Shown here one piece after another: positions 1 to 10,700 of a stretch of DNA of 48,009 nucleotides (the first letter of the stretch is position 1; each line of letters begins with the position of its first letter). The DNA comes from Cyanophora paradoxa CCMP329 (taxonomy: Eukaryota > Plantae > Glaucophyta), in NCBI GenBank assembly GCA_004431415.1, contig QPMI01000352.1, positions 1 through 48,009 of the forward strand, read 5' to 3'. The notes beneath the pieces are model-generated. The model had not been told where the DNA came from. It saw nothing but the letters and a program-made list of their open reading frames with translations, and ran no database searches. Position numbers and translations under genes: made by a program.

Positions 1-2243
1 GCGAGGCGCGCGGCCTCGGGCGTCGGGCCCCGCCGCACCCCCATCACGATCCACCGCTCCTTGGGGCGCGGCGCGGCGGCCGCCATGGGCCCCGCGGCGC
101 CCCCGAGGAGCCCGGCGAGGCCCTCGATGGAGAGGCGGCCCGTGGCGGCGAAGGGGCGGTAGGAGAAGGCGGCCTGGCCCGAGGCGTCGGAGAGCTGGCC
201 CCCGACGTCCAGGTTCACGTCCAGCTTCTCCCCTGCGCCCCGCTCGCCCCGCCCCCGAGCGCCCCGCCCCGCCCGCCCCGGCCCCCGCACCGAAGCCGGC
301 GGGGGCGCTGCAGACGATCTCCGAGTGGGCGACGGAGACGTGCGCCTCGGCGCACGGCACCCCGTCGATCAGCACCTGGCCCCGCCCCGGCCCCTCAACG
401 GCGGCGGGGGCGGCGGGGCGGGAGAGGAGGGGCGCACGGAGAGGCGGGTGCCGAGGGGCCCGAAGTTGGAGCCGGCGATGGTCACCGGCCCGCCGCTCAC
501 CGGCGCCGTCGTCACCGACGCGATCGACGGCTCTGCCCCGGCCCCGCTCGAGGGCGGGCGGGGCGGGCGGGGCGGGCGGGGCGGGCGGGGCGGTGGGGCG
601 GGGGCGGACCGACGTAGGAGAAGAGGGCGAGGCCGGTGTCGCCCGAGGTCTGGCCCCCGACGTTGACCACCACGTCCATGTTGCGGCCCGCCCCCGCCCC
701 CACCATGCAGTGCACCCCGAACTGCCGCCCCCCGCTCGCACGAGGCGGCCCGGGGGCGCCGGCGCGGGGGCGGGCCTGGGCGAGGGCGACGAAGGCCTCG
801 AGGCAGGGGCGCCCGCCGATGGTCACCGTCACGTTCGAGCCCTGCCGCGCCTCACGCGGGGGCGCGGGGGGCGGGGCGGGGCGGGGGCGCGCCTTGGGCC
901 CGAAGTTCTGGCCGTAGAGGACGACGAGGCCGCCGGCGGTGTAGGCGCCCGTCACGAAGTGGACGACGGGCGGGCCCAGCGAGGCGATCGCCACCGAGTA
1001 GCTCAGCGTCGCCGCCGCCAGGTCCCCCGACACGAACACCACGTTCGCGTGCCTGCCGCCCCGCCGCCCCGTCGGCACCCGCCAGGCCCCCGCCAGGCCC
1101 CCGCGCGCGCACTTTCCCGCGGGGAGCGTGATCGGGGCGTGGCTTAGCTGGAGCTCGGAGACGCCTGGGCGGGGTGTGAGGCGGGTGGGGCTCGGGGCGG
1201 GGCGCGGGGGCGGGGCGGGGGGACCGTCGCGGCGGGAGACGACCTGGTCGTAGAGGAAGGGGCGGCCGGCCTTGACGTTCTGCAGCTGCTCGTCGTCCAC
1301 CGCCAGCACGATCACCTGCCCGCCCCCCGCTCGGCCCCCCGCGCCCCCCGGCCGCGCCCCCCGCCCCGCGCGCCTTCTTCTGCTTCGCGCCCGCCGGCGT
1401 CGTCATCGACATCGTGGTGACGCAGGGGCAGGGGAACTCGCTCCGCACGGCCGCCGTCATGCCCCGCGCCAGGCTCACCGTCCGCTTCTCTGCCGGGCCC
1501 GTGGGCGGCGCCGGCGGGGGGCGGGGGGCGGGGGGCGGGCGAGGGCACCGGCGGAGAAGATCTTGTGCATGAAGTGGAAGACGAGGAAGTTGGGGGAGAC
1601 GGCGCGGACGACGATGTAGAGGCGCTCGCCGTCGGGCACGGGCGCCGTCGTGAAGTCCACCGAGCGGATCTTCGGCTCCCCGGGCTCCCCCGTCAGCGCG
1701 TACGCGATCGGCTCCACCTGGCCCCCCGCCTCGTACACCGCCATGTTCTTCGAGTCCAGCAGGTAGACCGCCGCCTGCCCCACCTGAGCGCCCCGTCAGC
1801 CCCCGCCCGCCCCGTCCCCCGCGCCCCGCTCGCCTCCGTTTCGACGTAGAAGCTGAAGATGCCTGCGCGCAAGCAGCCAGCTCGGTGAGCGAGCGCTGCC
1901 GGGCGGCCGCACACACGTGGGGGGGAGCGCACAGGGGCATGGCCCGCTCTCGATGCGCATGTCGGTGCCCTCCTTCAGGACGTGCGTCCACTCTGAGCGC
2001 ATCGCCGCAACGGCGTGCGCCGCCATCGCCAGCATTGTGGCGAACACCAGCCCGTACAGCCTCGGCGACCCGCTCTTTCGATACGTGTCCACAGCGCCTC
2101 GCGCCGCATTGAAGGGCCCCGTACTCGCACGACACCCGCTGATGCACGTCAGACGAGCCTTCGAAAGTGCGGGAGATACGCAAACCTTCTCGATCGGCAA
2201 GCGGCGGCGAGGAGCCGCAGCGCAGCTGCGGAATGCGCTGCAT
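1..2243 (-). CDS. IPT/TIG-domain secreted or cell-surface protein (multi-exon; 3' end runs off the window; start unresolved)
   Basis: Spliced segments give a hydrophobic N-terminal stretch (LYGLVFATMLAMAAHAVAA) and two IPT/TIG-like repeats: PPVVHFVTGAYTAGGLVVLYGQNFGPK..VTVTIGGRPC..VHCMVGAGAGRNMDVVVNVGGQTSG..FSY and EPSIASVTTAPVSGGPVTIAGSNFGP..VLIDGVPC..EIVCSAPPGFG..LDVNLDVGGQLS..FSY. Confidence 0.75.
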
Positions 2244-2558
2244 CGCCAGAGGGCCAGCGCCCTCGCGGCGCGGCCCCCATACTACCGCCCGGCCCGCAAT
2301 ACTGTACCCGGGCCTTCGCGCACTTTTTTTTGAGGCTGCACACGGGCGTGAGCGCGACGAGCTGGAAGAGGAGGTTCAACAGTCGCTGGCTGGCTTGAGC
2401 CAGGCAGCGCCCCACCCCCCCACCAACCACGACGCATCGCCACCTGGTAATCGCCGGACTGAGAGCGCATCTCCATACCCGCGTTCTGACTGCCCCATCC
2501 CCCGCGCGCAGCACCGCAGCAGTCTGAGCAGGTCCAGCAGAACCTTGACGAGACGGCG

Positions 2559-4511
2559 GTGGGAACATCGATATCCCCGGCGGCGTACGCGTCGCTGGAT
2601 GAGCAGGGATCGCCCTCCCGGCAGCGCCTGCTGCCGCAGCTTCCGACTGTCCAACGAACAGCCGCGCCCGATCCCTCATGCCCTCCTATTTCCCCTTCAA
2701 TAGCACCAGAGTCTGCTGCGCCGTCCTCTCCTGAGGACGGCGCGCCCGAGGAATGGAGTTGCCGGGCGGCGGACGGCACGGCGGCTTCTTCCAGCGCGCG
2801 CAGGCACGTTCTTCATCCTATTTCGTCGCAGAGCGACACGTTCGCGCGCGCGGAGGCGGACGGCACGCGTTCCGCATCGCCCCGCGGCAGCGACGGCCGC
2901 TCCGGTGGCGCACTGGAGGCGGCGAGCACAGCCGCCGGCCGCGACCACGCAGAAGCGCTTGGAGATCAAGAAGAGCTCATTGACATCGACCTCGGCTCTC
3001 CGGCGGGCCCCAGCGGCGCGGCAGCGGCTGCAGCAGCGGGCGAGGATGCGTTCGGAGAGTTCGAGGCACCGGCGGGCCCCAGCGGCGCGGCAGCGGCTGC
3101 AGCAGCGGGCGAGGATGCGTTCGGAGAGTTCGAGGCACCGGCGGGCCCTAGCGGCGCGGCAGCGGCTGCAGCAGCGGGCGAGGATGCGTTTGGAGAGTTC
3201 GAGGCACCGGCGGGCCCTAGCGGCGCGGCAGCGGCTGCGGCAGCGGGCGAGGATGCGTTTGGAGAGTTCGAGGCACCGGCGGGCCCTAGCGGCGCGGCGA
3301 CGGCTGCAGCAGCGGGCGAGGATGCGTTCGGAGAGTTCGAGGCACCGGCGGGCCCCAGCGGCGCGGCGGCGGCTGCGGCAGCGGGCGAGGATGCGTTTGG
3401 AGAGTTCGAGGCACCGGCGGGCCCCAGCGGCGCGGCAGCGGCTGCGGCAGCGGGCGAGGATGCGTTTGGAGAGTTCGAGGCACCGGCGGGCCCTAGCGGC
3501 GCGGCAGCGGCTGCGGCAGCGGGCGAGGATGCGTTTGGAGAGTTCGAGGCACCGGCGGGCCCTAGCGGCGCGGCGACGGCTGCAGCAGCGGGCGAGGATG
3601 CGTTCGGAGAGTTCGAGGCACCGGCGAGCCCCAGCGGCGCGGCAGCGGCTGCAGCAGCGGGCGAGGATGCGTTCGGAGAGTTCGAGGCGCCTGCGGGCCT
3701 CAGCGGCGCGGCGGCGGCTGCAGCAGCGGGCGAGGATGCGTTTGGAGAGTCTGAAGAAGCGGAGTCGGGAAGGGAGGCCTCGGCTGGTCCACCCGCTCTC
3801 CTGGGCGGAGGTGTGCAGGACTTGGAGCAGGTGTGGCGTGCCCCTCGCTGGGTTGGGCGGCTGCACGGGGTGTCGAGGGCCTCTGCAGGCGGGCGCCGAA
3901 CGGGCGTCGGAGTTCGCCGGCTTCCGCCTCGGGGCGGAGAGCGCACGCCTCATCGAGGAGGTCCGCCCCGCCCCCGCCCCGTCGCGCCCCGCCCACGCCC
4001 GCCCCACCCCCACAGGAGCTCTCCCGCCGCGCGGCCGCCGCCGGCGCGCTCCGCCCGCCCCCGCCAGTGCCGCCCCGCCGCCCCGGACGCCGCCGCCGCC
4101 GCCGGTGCGGGGCGGGCCGCCGGAGCGGCGGCGGGCGCTGGAGGCGATCGCGTCTGCGCTGGAGCCGGCGCTGCGGGCGGCCGGCCCCGCCGCCTCGCCA
4201 TCGCGGGGCGGCGGGCGGCACAGCGGGCGGTGAGCTGGAGGCGGGGCCTGCGCCCGCCCCGAGCCTCGCCTCCCTCTGGGCCGCCTCCGCCCGTGCGCGC
4301 CGCCCCGCCCCGCGCCCCGCCCAAACCCCTCCCCGCTCCCGACCCCGGCCGCAGGCCCGGCGAGGAGCTCGCCGGCTTCACGGGGGCCCCCCTGGCGCGC
4401 GGCTGGAGCCGGCGCCAGCGCGGCGGCCCCGAGGCGCTCGCCCCCGAGACCACCCGCCTCTGGCTGGCCGCCGCGCGCGGCCCGCCCTTCTTCCCCCGCC
4501 CCGACGACTAG
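2559..4511 (+). CDS. Disordered acidic repeat protein with a clathrin-box-like motif and an array of FGEF motifs (aftiphilin/gamma-synergin-like adaptor candidate); true start is upstream and unresolved
   Basis: Long ORF containing ELIDIDL followed by 11 x (EAPAGPSGAAAAAAAGEDAFGEF). Introns are plausible at 3831-3887 and 3961-4015, and the next exon has EFAGF. The frame ends ..FFPRPDD* at 4511. There is no in-frame ATG in the large exon. Confidence 0.5.
   Translation: MGTSISPAAYASLDEQGSPSRQRLLPQLPTVQRTAAPDPSCPPISPSIAPESAAPSSPEDGAPEEWSCRAADGTAASSSARRHVLHPISSQSDTFARAEADGTRSASPRGSDGRSGGALEAASTAAGRDHAEALGDQEELIDIDLGSPAGPSGAAAAAAAGEDAFGEFEAPAGPSGAAAAAAAGEDAFGEFEAPAGPSGAAAAAAAGEDAFGEFEAPAGPSGAAAAAAAGEDAFGEFEAPAGPSGAATAAAAGEDAFGEFEAPAGPSGAAAAAAAGEDAFGEFEAPAGPSGAAAAAAAGEDAFGEFEAPAGPSGAAAAAAAGEDAFGEFEAPAGPSGAATAAAAGEDAFGEFEAPASPSGAAAAAAAGEDAFGEFEAPAGLSGAAAAAAAGEDAFGESEEAESGREASAGPPALLGGGVQDLEQVWRAPRWVGRLHGVSRASAGGRRTGVGVRRLPPRGGERTPHRGGPPRPRPVAPRPRPPHPHRSSPAARPPPARSARPRQCRPAAPDAAAAAGAGRAAGAAAGAGGDRVCAGAGAAGGRPRRLAIAGRRAAQRAVSWRRGLRPPRASPPSGPPPPVRAAPPRAPPKPLPAPDPGRRPGEELAGFTGAPLARGWSRRQRGGPEALAPETTRLWLAAARGPPFFPRPDD
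2996..3752 (+). repeat. Coding minisatellite, 69-bp unit, 11 copies
   Basis: Unit ggcgggccccagcggcgcggcagcggctgcagcagcgggcgaggatgcgttcggagagttcgaggcacc recurs at 3002, 3071, 3140 and onward. Most variants are synonymous in the + frame (ttc/ttt, ccc/cct, gca/gcg). Confidence 0.95.
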
Positions 4512-5468
4512 CCGCCCCCTCCAGCCCGCTTCGAGGCGGCGCCAGCAGAGGACAGCGAACGATTCGATATTTGGGGAAGCGCACACGTGAAAGGGAGAGG
4601 GGCAATTGCAAAGGCGAAGCGGATGCGGTGCGGGCCGGGCTCCTGGAGAAGGCCCTGTTCGAATCCGCGTTTTCGATCTCGGGCCCTCTTGATCTATATA
4701 TAGCTAGATCTGCAGCTGGAACTCGAGCTCGATCGCGAGTCCGGGGGGCCGCAGGCCGGAGCGGAGCGGAGGCCCCGCGGCGCCGGCCGGCCACCCGCGG
4801 GGCCTGCTGCGCGCGGGCCCGGCGCGGCGCGGGCAGCTAGCGGCGCCTATAGCTAGCGCTGGCCATATGCATGCATATGGATCCTCCGGCCGCGGAATGG
4901 GGACTCATGAGCGCCGCGAGGGGCGAGCGCCGAGCGCCGCGGCAGCGGGCCGCGACTCCCGCGAGCCGAACGGGCTTGGTTTCGAATTCATCCGGATACA
5001 TCCTTCGGAATTCGAGTTCAATGAATGCAGCTACTGGGCTCATACCCCCCAGAACTCAGCTTATACCCCGGAACCGGCGCGCGCTCTCGTGGCCTCTCCC
5101 GGCCTCTCCAGCGCTCCAACTGGCAGGAGCGCTGGAGATTGACGTGACGCGCGCTCTGCGGCACGGGTTCGACGATCCATTTGGCGATTGACCGGTCCGC
5201 CTGTGTCGGGCTGGCGAAGCCATACGCGGTGTCTCACTTGCACGCACGTTTACAGCGCTTTCCTCGAGCTGAGATGAGCCCACGAGAGCCGGATGGCGCG
5301 GCCGTGGAAAGCGCCCGGTGAGCGGCCCGGCCCGGCCCGCGGCGCGCCATAAGCATAACGAACGCCCGCGCGCCTTATGCGCCTTATGTACGTGTCAGCG
5401 CCGGTGCGGGCATCCGAGGAGTCTGGGCCTCGTCGGCATTCGATGGCCGGACACCGCCGAAGTCCGCG

Positions 5469-7343
5469 TTGGGAGGAGAACTCGGTTGTGTGCACACAAG
5501 CCTGTCAGCGTCGACGTCAGCGCCGCGGCTGCAGCGACCTGACCTGGCGGCGGGAGCAGCAGTGCGATCCGATCGGGGCCCTTCGGCACCTGCGCATGCG
5601 CCCACATTCAAGCCGCGGCTACTGCTGTCGGCCGCTCATGCATCCGATCTGCTGATTCCTTCTAGATCTGCTCCGCCGTTCGAGTCTCTCTTGGCATGCG
5701 CAGCAGCGGTCGCATCGGATCTGGATCCGTCTGCTCCGCCATTCGAGCCTCAACCAGCAGCAGCGATCGCATGTGTATCGGATCTAGATCTGGATCCGTC
5801 TGCTCCGCCATTCGAGCCTCATGATCAGCCAACGGCAGCGATCGCATCGGATCTGGATCCGTCTGCCCCGCCGTTTGAGCCTCAGCCAGCAGCAGCGATC
5901 GCATATGCATCAGATCTGGATCCGTCTGCTCCGCCATTCGAGCCTCAGCCAGCAGTAGCGATCGCATATGCATCGGATCTGGATCCGTCTGCCCCGCCAT
6001 TCGAGCCTCTCTTTGCAATCGCAGCAGCGATCGTATCGGATCTGGATCCGTCTGCTCCGCCATTTGAGCCTCAACCAGCAGCAGCGATCGCATCGGATCT
6101 GGATCCGTCTGCTCCGCCATTCGAGCCTCAGCCAGCGGCAGCGGTTGCATCGGATCTGGATCCGTCTGCCCCGCCGTTTGAGCCTCAGCCAGCAGCAGCG
6201 ATCGCATATGCATCGGATCTGGATCCGTCTGCTCCGCCATTCGAGCCTCAGCCAGCAGCAGCGATCGCATCGGATCTGGATCCGTCTGCTCCGCCATTCG
6301 AGCCTCAGCCAGCAGCAGCGATCGCATCGGATCTGGATCCGTCTGCTCCGCCATTCGAGCCTCAGCCAGCAGCAGCGATCGCATCGGATCTGGATCCGTC
6401 TGCTCCGCCATTCGAGCCTCAGCCAGCAGCAGCGATCGCATCGGATCTGGATCCGTCTGCTCCGCCATTCGAGCCTCAGCCAGCAGCAGCGATCGCATCG
6501 GATCTGGATTTGTCTGCCCCGCCGTTTGAGCCTCTCTCTGCATGCGCAGCAGCGATCGCATCGGATCTGGATCCGTCTGCTCCGCCATTCGAGCCTCTGT
6601 TTGCATGCGCAGCAGCGATCGCATCGGATCTGGATCCGTCTGCTCCGCCATTCGAGCCTCAGCCAGCAGCAGCGATCGCATCGGATCTGGATCCGTCTGC
6701 TCCGCCATTCGAGCCTCAGCCAACGGCAGAAACGATCGCATCGGATCTGGATCTGAACGCTCCTCCACCATTACAACGAACAGCTGCAGCAGAAGCCACA
6801 ATCTTCTATCTGAATTTGTCAGCGTCGTCAGCGTCTCCGTTCCGGCCTCTTGCATCAGCAGCGGCAGCAGAAGCGTTTGAACTGAACCGGCCGGTTGCGG
6901 TGCTGAAGCCTGTGGCCGCATTTGCCTGCGCGGCGCCTCATTTGCCTCCCCGTGGGATCGCCCCCCGTCCTCGCGGGAGCTCCTCCCCGTCGAGCTCTGC
7001 CGGCGCTTGCGTCGCGCCAGAGACTGCCCCGCTCCCTGCCCCCCGCACCCTCTCGGGCGTCCACGGCCCTCCCCCTGGCTACGCGAGGGGCCCCGCCCCC
7101 CTCGCCGCCCCCGCCTGTGCGCCTCCTGCGGCCGCCGCGACCCGCGTCGCCTCTCCCTACCGCCCCGCCCTCTGCCCCCGTGCTCCCGGCCTCCCGGGGC
7201 AGGAGCTCGCCGCGCCGGCCCCCGCCTCCACACCGCTCCCCACGCCGTCCCCTCCCCCTCCAGCGCATCCACGTGCGCCGCCCCCGTATCGCCCCCCGGG
7301 CATCGCCTTCGCTCCCTCGGCCACCCCTCGCTCCGTAAAGTAG
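5469..7343 (+). CDS. Protein with a tandem array of PAM2-like (LDPSAPPFEP) motifs and a Pro-rich tail; first exon and start unresolved
   Basis: 624-codon open frame with no ATG inside, so an upstream exon is required. Repeat variants are synonymous in this frame (tct gct ccg cca ttc vs tct gcc ccg ccg ttt) and unit-length differences are multiples of 3. Stop TAG at 7341-7343. Confidence 0.6.
   Translation: MGGELGCVHTSLSASTSAPRLQRPDLAAGAAVRSDRGPSAPAHAPTFKPRLLLSAAHASDLLIPSRSAPPFESLLACAAAVASDLDPSAPPFEPQPAAAIACVSDLDLDPSAPPFEPHDQPTAAIASDLDPSAPPFEPQPAAAIAYASDLDPSAPPFEPQPAVAIAYASDLDPSAPPFEPLFAIAAAIVSDLDPSAPPFEPQPAAAIASDLDPSAPPFEPQPAAAVASDLDPSAPPFEPQPAAAIAYASDLDPSAPPFEPQPAAAIASDLDPSAPPFEPQPAAAIASDLDPSAPPFEPQPAAAIASDLDPSAPPFEPQPAAAIASDLDPSAPPFEPQPAAAIASDLDLSAPPFEPLSACAAAIASDLDPSAPPFEPLFACAAAIASDLDPSAPPFEPQPAAAIASDLDPSAPPFEPQPTAETIASDLDLNAPPPLQRTAAAEATIFYLNLSASSASPFRPLASAAAAEAFELNRPVAVLKPVAAFACAAPHLPPRGIAPRPRGSSSPSSSAGACVAPETAPLPAPRTLSGVHGPPPGYARGPAPLAAPACAPPAAAATRVASPYRPALCPRAPGLPGQELAAPAPASTPLPTPSPPPPAHPRAPPPYRPPGIAFAPSATPRSVK
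5715..6760 (+). repeat. Coding minisatellite, 57-bp core unit (SDLDPSAPPFEPQPAAAIA), 17 copies plus degenerate flanking copies
   Basis: Directly visible repeat tcggatctggatccgtctgctccgccattcgagcctcagccagcagcagcgatcgca; some units carry 6-bp insertions. Confidence 0.95.
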
Positions 7344-7380
7344 AGCTTAATTTAACTGTACAGCAGGCGGAAAGGCTGTT

Positions 7381-7405
7381 GGGGGGGGGGGGGGGGGGGG
7401 GGGGG
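7381..7405. repeat. G25 homopolymer between two convergent 3' ends
   Basis: Run of 25 G. Similar long G runs occur at about 9496-9521 and 41263-41284, both intronic. Confidence 0.9.
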
Positions 7406-7418
7406 CAGGAGGGGGCGC

Positions 7419-7700
7419 GGGGGCGCTAGGCGGGGGCCGGTGCGCGTTCGGCGTCGAAGTCGCGGAGGAGGCGCTCGAGGCGCTTGACGTTGTCGCGGAT
7501 GCTCTCCTCGTTCTCCTCCCCCGCCCGCCGCCCGCGCAGCCGCTGGTACATGTCCGAGTGGGGGCGCTAGGCGGGGGCCGGTGCGCGTTCGGCGTCGAAG
7601 TCGCGGAGGAGGCGCTCGAGGCGCTTGACGTTGTCGCGGATGCTCTCCTCGTTCTCCTCCCCCGCCCGCCGCCCGCGCAGCCGCTGGTACATGTCCGAGT
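7419..7700. repeat. 141-bp direct tandem duplication covering the last coding segment and stop codon of the GAF gene
   Basis: The sequence gggggcgctaggcgggggccggtgcgcgttc...gtacatgtccgagt occurs at 7419-7559 and again at 7560-7700; the CTA (stop on the - strand) is at 7426 and 7567. Confidence 0.95.
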
Positions 7701-10700
7701 GCTCCAGCAGCAGCCCCAGAATGAACGCGTACACCGCAAAGAGCTGCCCCGCCCCCGCCGTCAGCGCCCGGCCGGGGGCGGGGGCGGGGGCGGGGGGCGG
7801 GCACGCCTCGGCATCGCCCGGGGTAAAGAAGGGGGAGGCGGCCTTGCGGTTGAGGGCCTGCAGCACCGCCAGCACCGTCTGCCCCCCGCCCCAGTCATCC
7901 CCGCTGCGCCCGCCCCGCACAGGCCCGGGCGCGCACCCCGTCGGAGGAGAGGACGGGGTAGCAGAGGATCGAGCGCGTCTGCCGGGGCGCCTCAGACGAC
8001 CACCGCTGGGCGGGGCCGGCGGGGGCGCGGGGCGGCACGTGGTAGCCCGTCAGCTCGTCGTTCTCGCTGCGGAAGCGCTTGTCGTGCCACGCGTCCAAAA
8101 TATTCACCTGCCCCGACACCGCTGGCCCGTCACGGGGGCGGGGCACGGGGCGCGGGGCGCGGGGCACGCCTCGCGGCCCGTGGTGAAGACGTGGCCGGCG
8201 ACGCCGGCCGTCATCGGAACGCTGCGGGGGCGGCGCGTGGGAGGCGGCGCGCGGCGGGGAGGCGCCGGGGCGGACCCGATGAAGCCGTCCCTGGAGCGGG
8301 CGTAGAGCATCTCGGTGCGGCGGTCGGGGAGGAAGACGGAGCAGCGGTCCGCCTCCAGCGCGCCCTTCGCCGCCTCCGCCACCGTGTCTGCGCCGCGTGA
8401 GGCGGGGGGGGCGGGGAGGGCGGGGCGGGCGGGGCGTGGGGGCGCGCCGACGAAGCCCGTGCGGTCTTTGGTGACGGCCATGCCGACGGCGAAGGCCGCC
8501 GCCGCCTTCAGCCGCTCCTTCAGCGACGCCTGCCGCCCCCGTCGCAACCGCCCCGCGCGGCGCACGGCGGAGCGGGGCGGGGCGGGGGGTGAGCACCAGG
8601 TCGGCCTCCTTGTCGATCCACTCCCACGTGACCGCCGCCTGCCGCCCCGCCCCGCGTCACCCCACCCGACGCCCCGGCGCGGCGCCCCGGCGGGTCACGC
8701 GCGGGCCTGGTGGGCGAGCAGGGAGACGATGAGGCCGTCGGCGCGGACGAAGCGGCCGCCGCTCGCGCGGTTCGCTACGCGGAGGACGGCGCGCTGCGGG
8801 GGGCGTCGGGGGCGGGCGGGGGCGTGGGGCGGGAGCGGCGGGGCGTCGGGGGCGGACGAGGGTTCCGTGGCGGTCGTGGACGGGGACGCAGAGGAGGGAG
8901 AGGGTGGCGTGCCCGGGCCAGCCGTCCACCTCCCCGCGTACCCGACTCCCCCAGCGGCTCGTTCGCCACCACCACCTGCCCGCCCTCAGCCCCCGCCCGG
9001 CCCCGGCCCGCGCCCCGCCCGCGCGCCTCGCGCTCGCGGGCGGCGCGGGCGATGAGGCCGCGCGGGGCCTCGCCCTCGAGGGCACCCGGATCGCCGCCTC
9101 GGCCCCGCCGCCGACGCCGCCTGCAGGTGCGCCCCGTCGGGCGACGGCACGAAGAGCGTCGCGTGCTCCCCGCTGCGCCGCCCGTCAGAGGGCGCGGCGG
9201 GGCGGGGGTGTCGGGCGGCGCGCGCCGGGCGAGCTCGGCGGCGGCGCGCTCGAGCTCCGAGGCGAGCAGCTCGGGGTCCTCCTGCCCCCGATCCCCGCAG
9301 CGCCTGCCCGCCCGCCCTCGGCCCCCGCCCCACACGCGCGCCCCGCGAGGCGCGCCCGGCCGGCAAGCACGCGCCTCGGCGAGCTTCTGGAAGCGGGAGA
9401 AGGTCGAGAGGGGCACGCGGCAGAGAGCCGTCCCCGCCGCCGCCTCGCGCGCCCGCGCGCCGGGCCTGGGGCGGCTCAGAGGGAGGGCGGGGGCTGGGGG
9501 GGGGGGGGGGGGGGGGGGGGGCGGCGCGCCCTCGAGCAGCATCTCCGTGACATCCTCATCTCCGAGGAGGCGGCCCTTGTAACCCGCCTGCCCCCCGTGA
9601 GCGCGGCGGGGGCGGGCGGGCGGGCGGCGGGGGCACGAGGGAGTCGGGGTCGGAGGGGGCGAGCGAGGCGGCGGAGGCTACCGAGGCCGCCGACGCCGGT
9701 CCCTGCCCCGCGTCAGCACGGCGCGCGCGGTGCAATCGGCGGGCCGCGCCTTGAACGCGAACGAGGCCAGCCCGGCGACTGCCCGCAGCTTGACGGGCCG
9801 TCCGGCGGGGGCCGGGCCGGGCCGGGCGGGCGGCCTGGGGCGCTCGGGGGGCGCCGCGTCCCTCTCGGGGCCGACGGTCGCGGCCAGGCCGCCCCGCAGC
9901 GGCGACTCGGAGCGCGCCGGCCCCTCCGCGCCGTCCGGCCCGCCCCGGCGGCCTCCTGGGCGTTCAGGGCAGGGCGTAGGGGCCCTCCTCGCCCCCCCGA
10001 GCTCCTCGCTGGGGCGGGTGAGGCGGGGCGGGGCGGGAGGGGCGGGGGCACCGGAGGCGGTCGCGGGCGGCGCGGTCCTCGAGGGCCTGCCGCGCCTCCT
10101 CGAACTTGCGCTGGAAGAACTGCCCGCCCGTCACCCCGCACCGCCCCCGCGGGGCGCCGCGCCGCGCGGGGGCCCACCAGCAGGCGGCTCTCCAGGAGCA
10201 GGTTCGCCCGCCGCAGCGCATCCGCCTCCGCCCGCGCCGTCCCCGCCTGCCGCTCCAGCCGCCGCCGCTCCCGGCCCCACGAGGCGGCCTCCCCCGCAGC
10301 TGCGCCCCGCCCCGCCTCGGCGCCCGCTGCGCAGGAGAGGGGCCGGCACGCACGCGCTCGAGCTCGTCGGGGCGGCGGCGGGCGGCGCGCCCTCGGGCGC
10401 CGTCTGCGGCCGCCACGCCGGCGGCCCCTGCGGGCGGTGCGGCGGCGGGCCGGCGGGGCGGTCCAGGCGGAGTACTGCGAGAGGGAGCTCCCCGCCCCGA
10501 GCTGGCTCACCGGCCGCCGCTCGCCCGTCCCCGGCCGCGGCGCGATGGGCCAGGAGCGGCGCGGGGCGCGGGGCCCCGGGGGCGGGCCGCTGGGGGGCGA
10601 GAGGGCGGCGTGGAGGGGGTCCGCCCCTGAGGGCGAGAGCGGCTCCTCGCCGCTGCTGTACGGCCCCTCCACATACGGGTCGAAGGGCGGCGGCGCCGGC

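Noticed and set aside
4837-5655. Short ORFs on both strands upstream of the PAM2-like exon
   Set aside because: No domain similarity. One may be the missing first exon, but it cannot be chosen from sequence alone.
2996-6760. The 69-bp and 57-bp arrays as CRISPR or non-coding satellites
   Set aside because: No unique spacers; unit lengths are multiples of 3 and substitutions favour synonymous sites.
5662-7272. 536-aa antisense ORF with (AEARMAEQTDPDPMRSLLL)n repeats
   Set aside because: Repeat variants are synonymous in the + frame but non-synonymous here, so this is the shadow of the PAM2-like gene.
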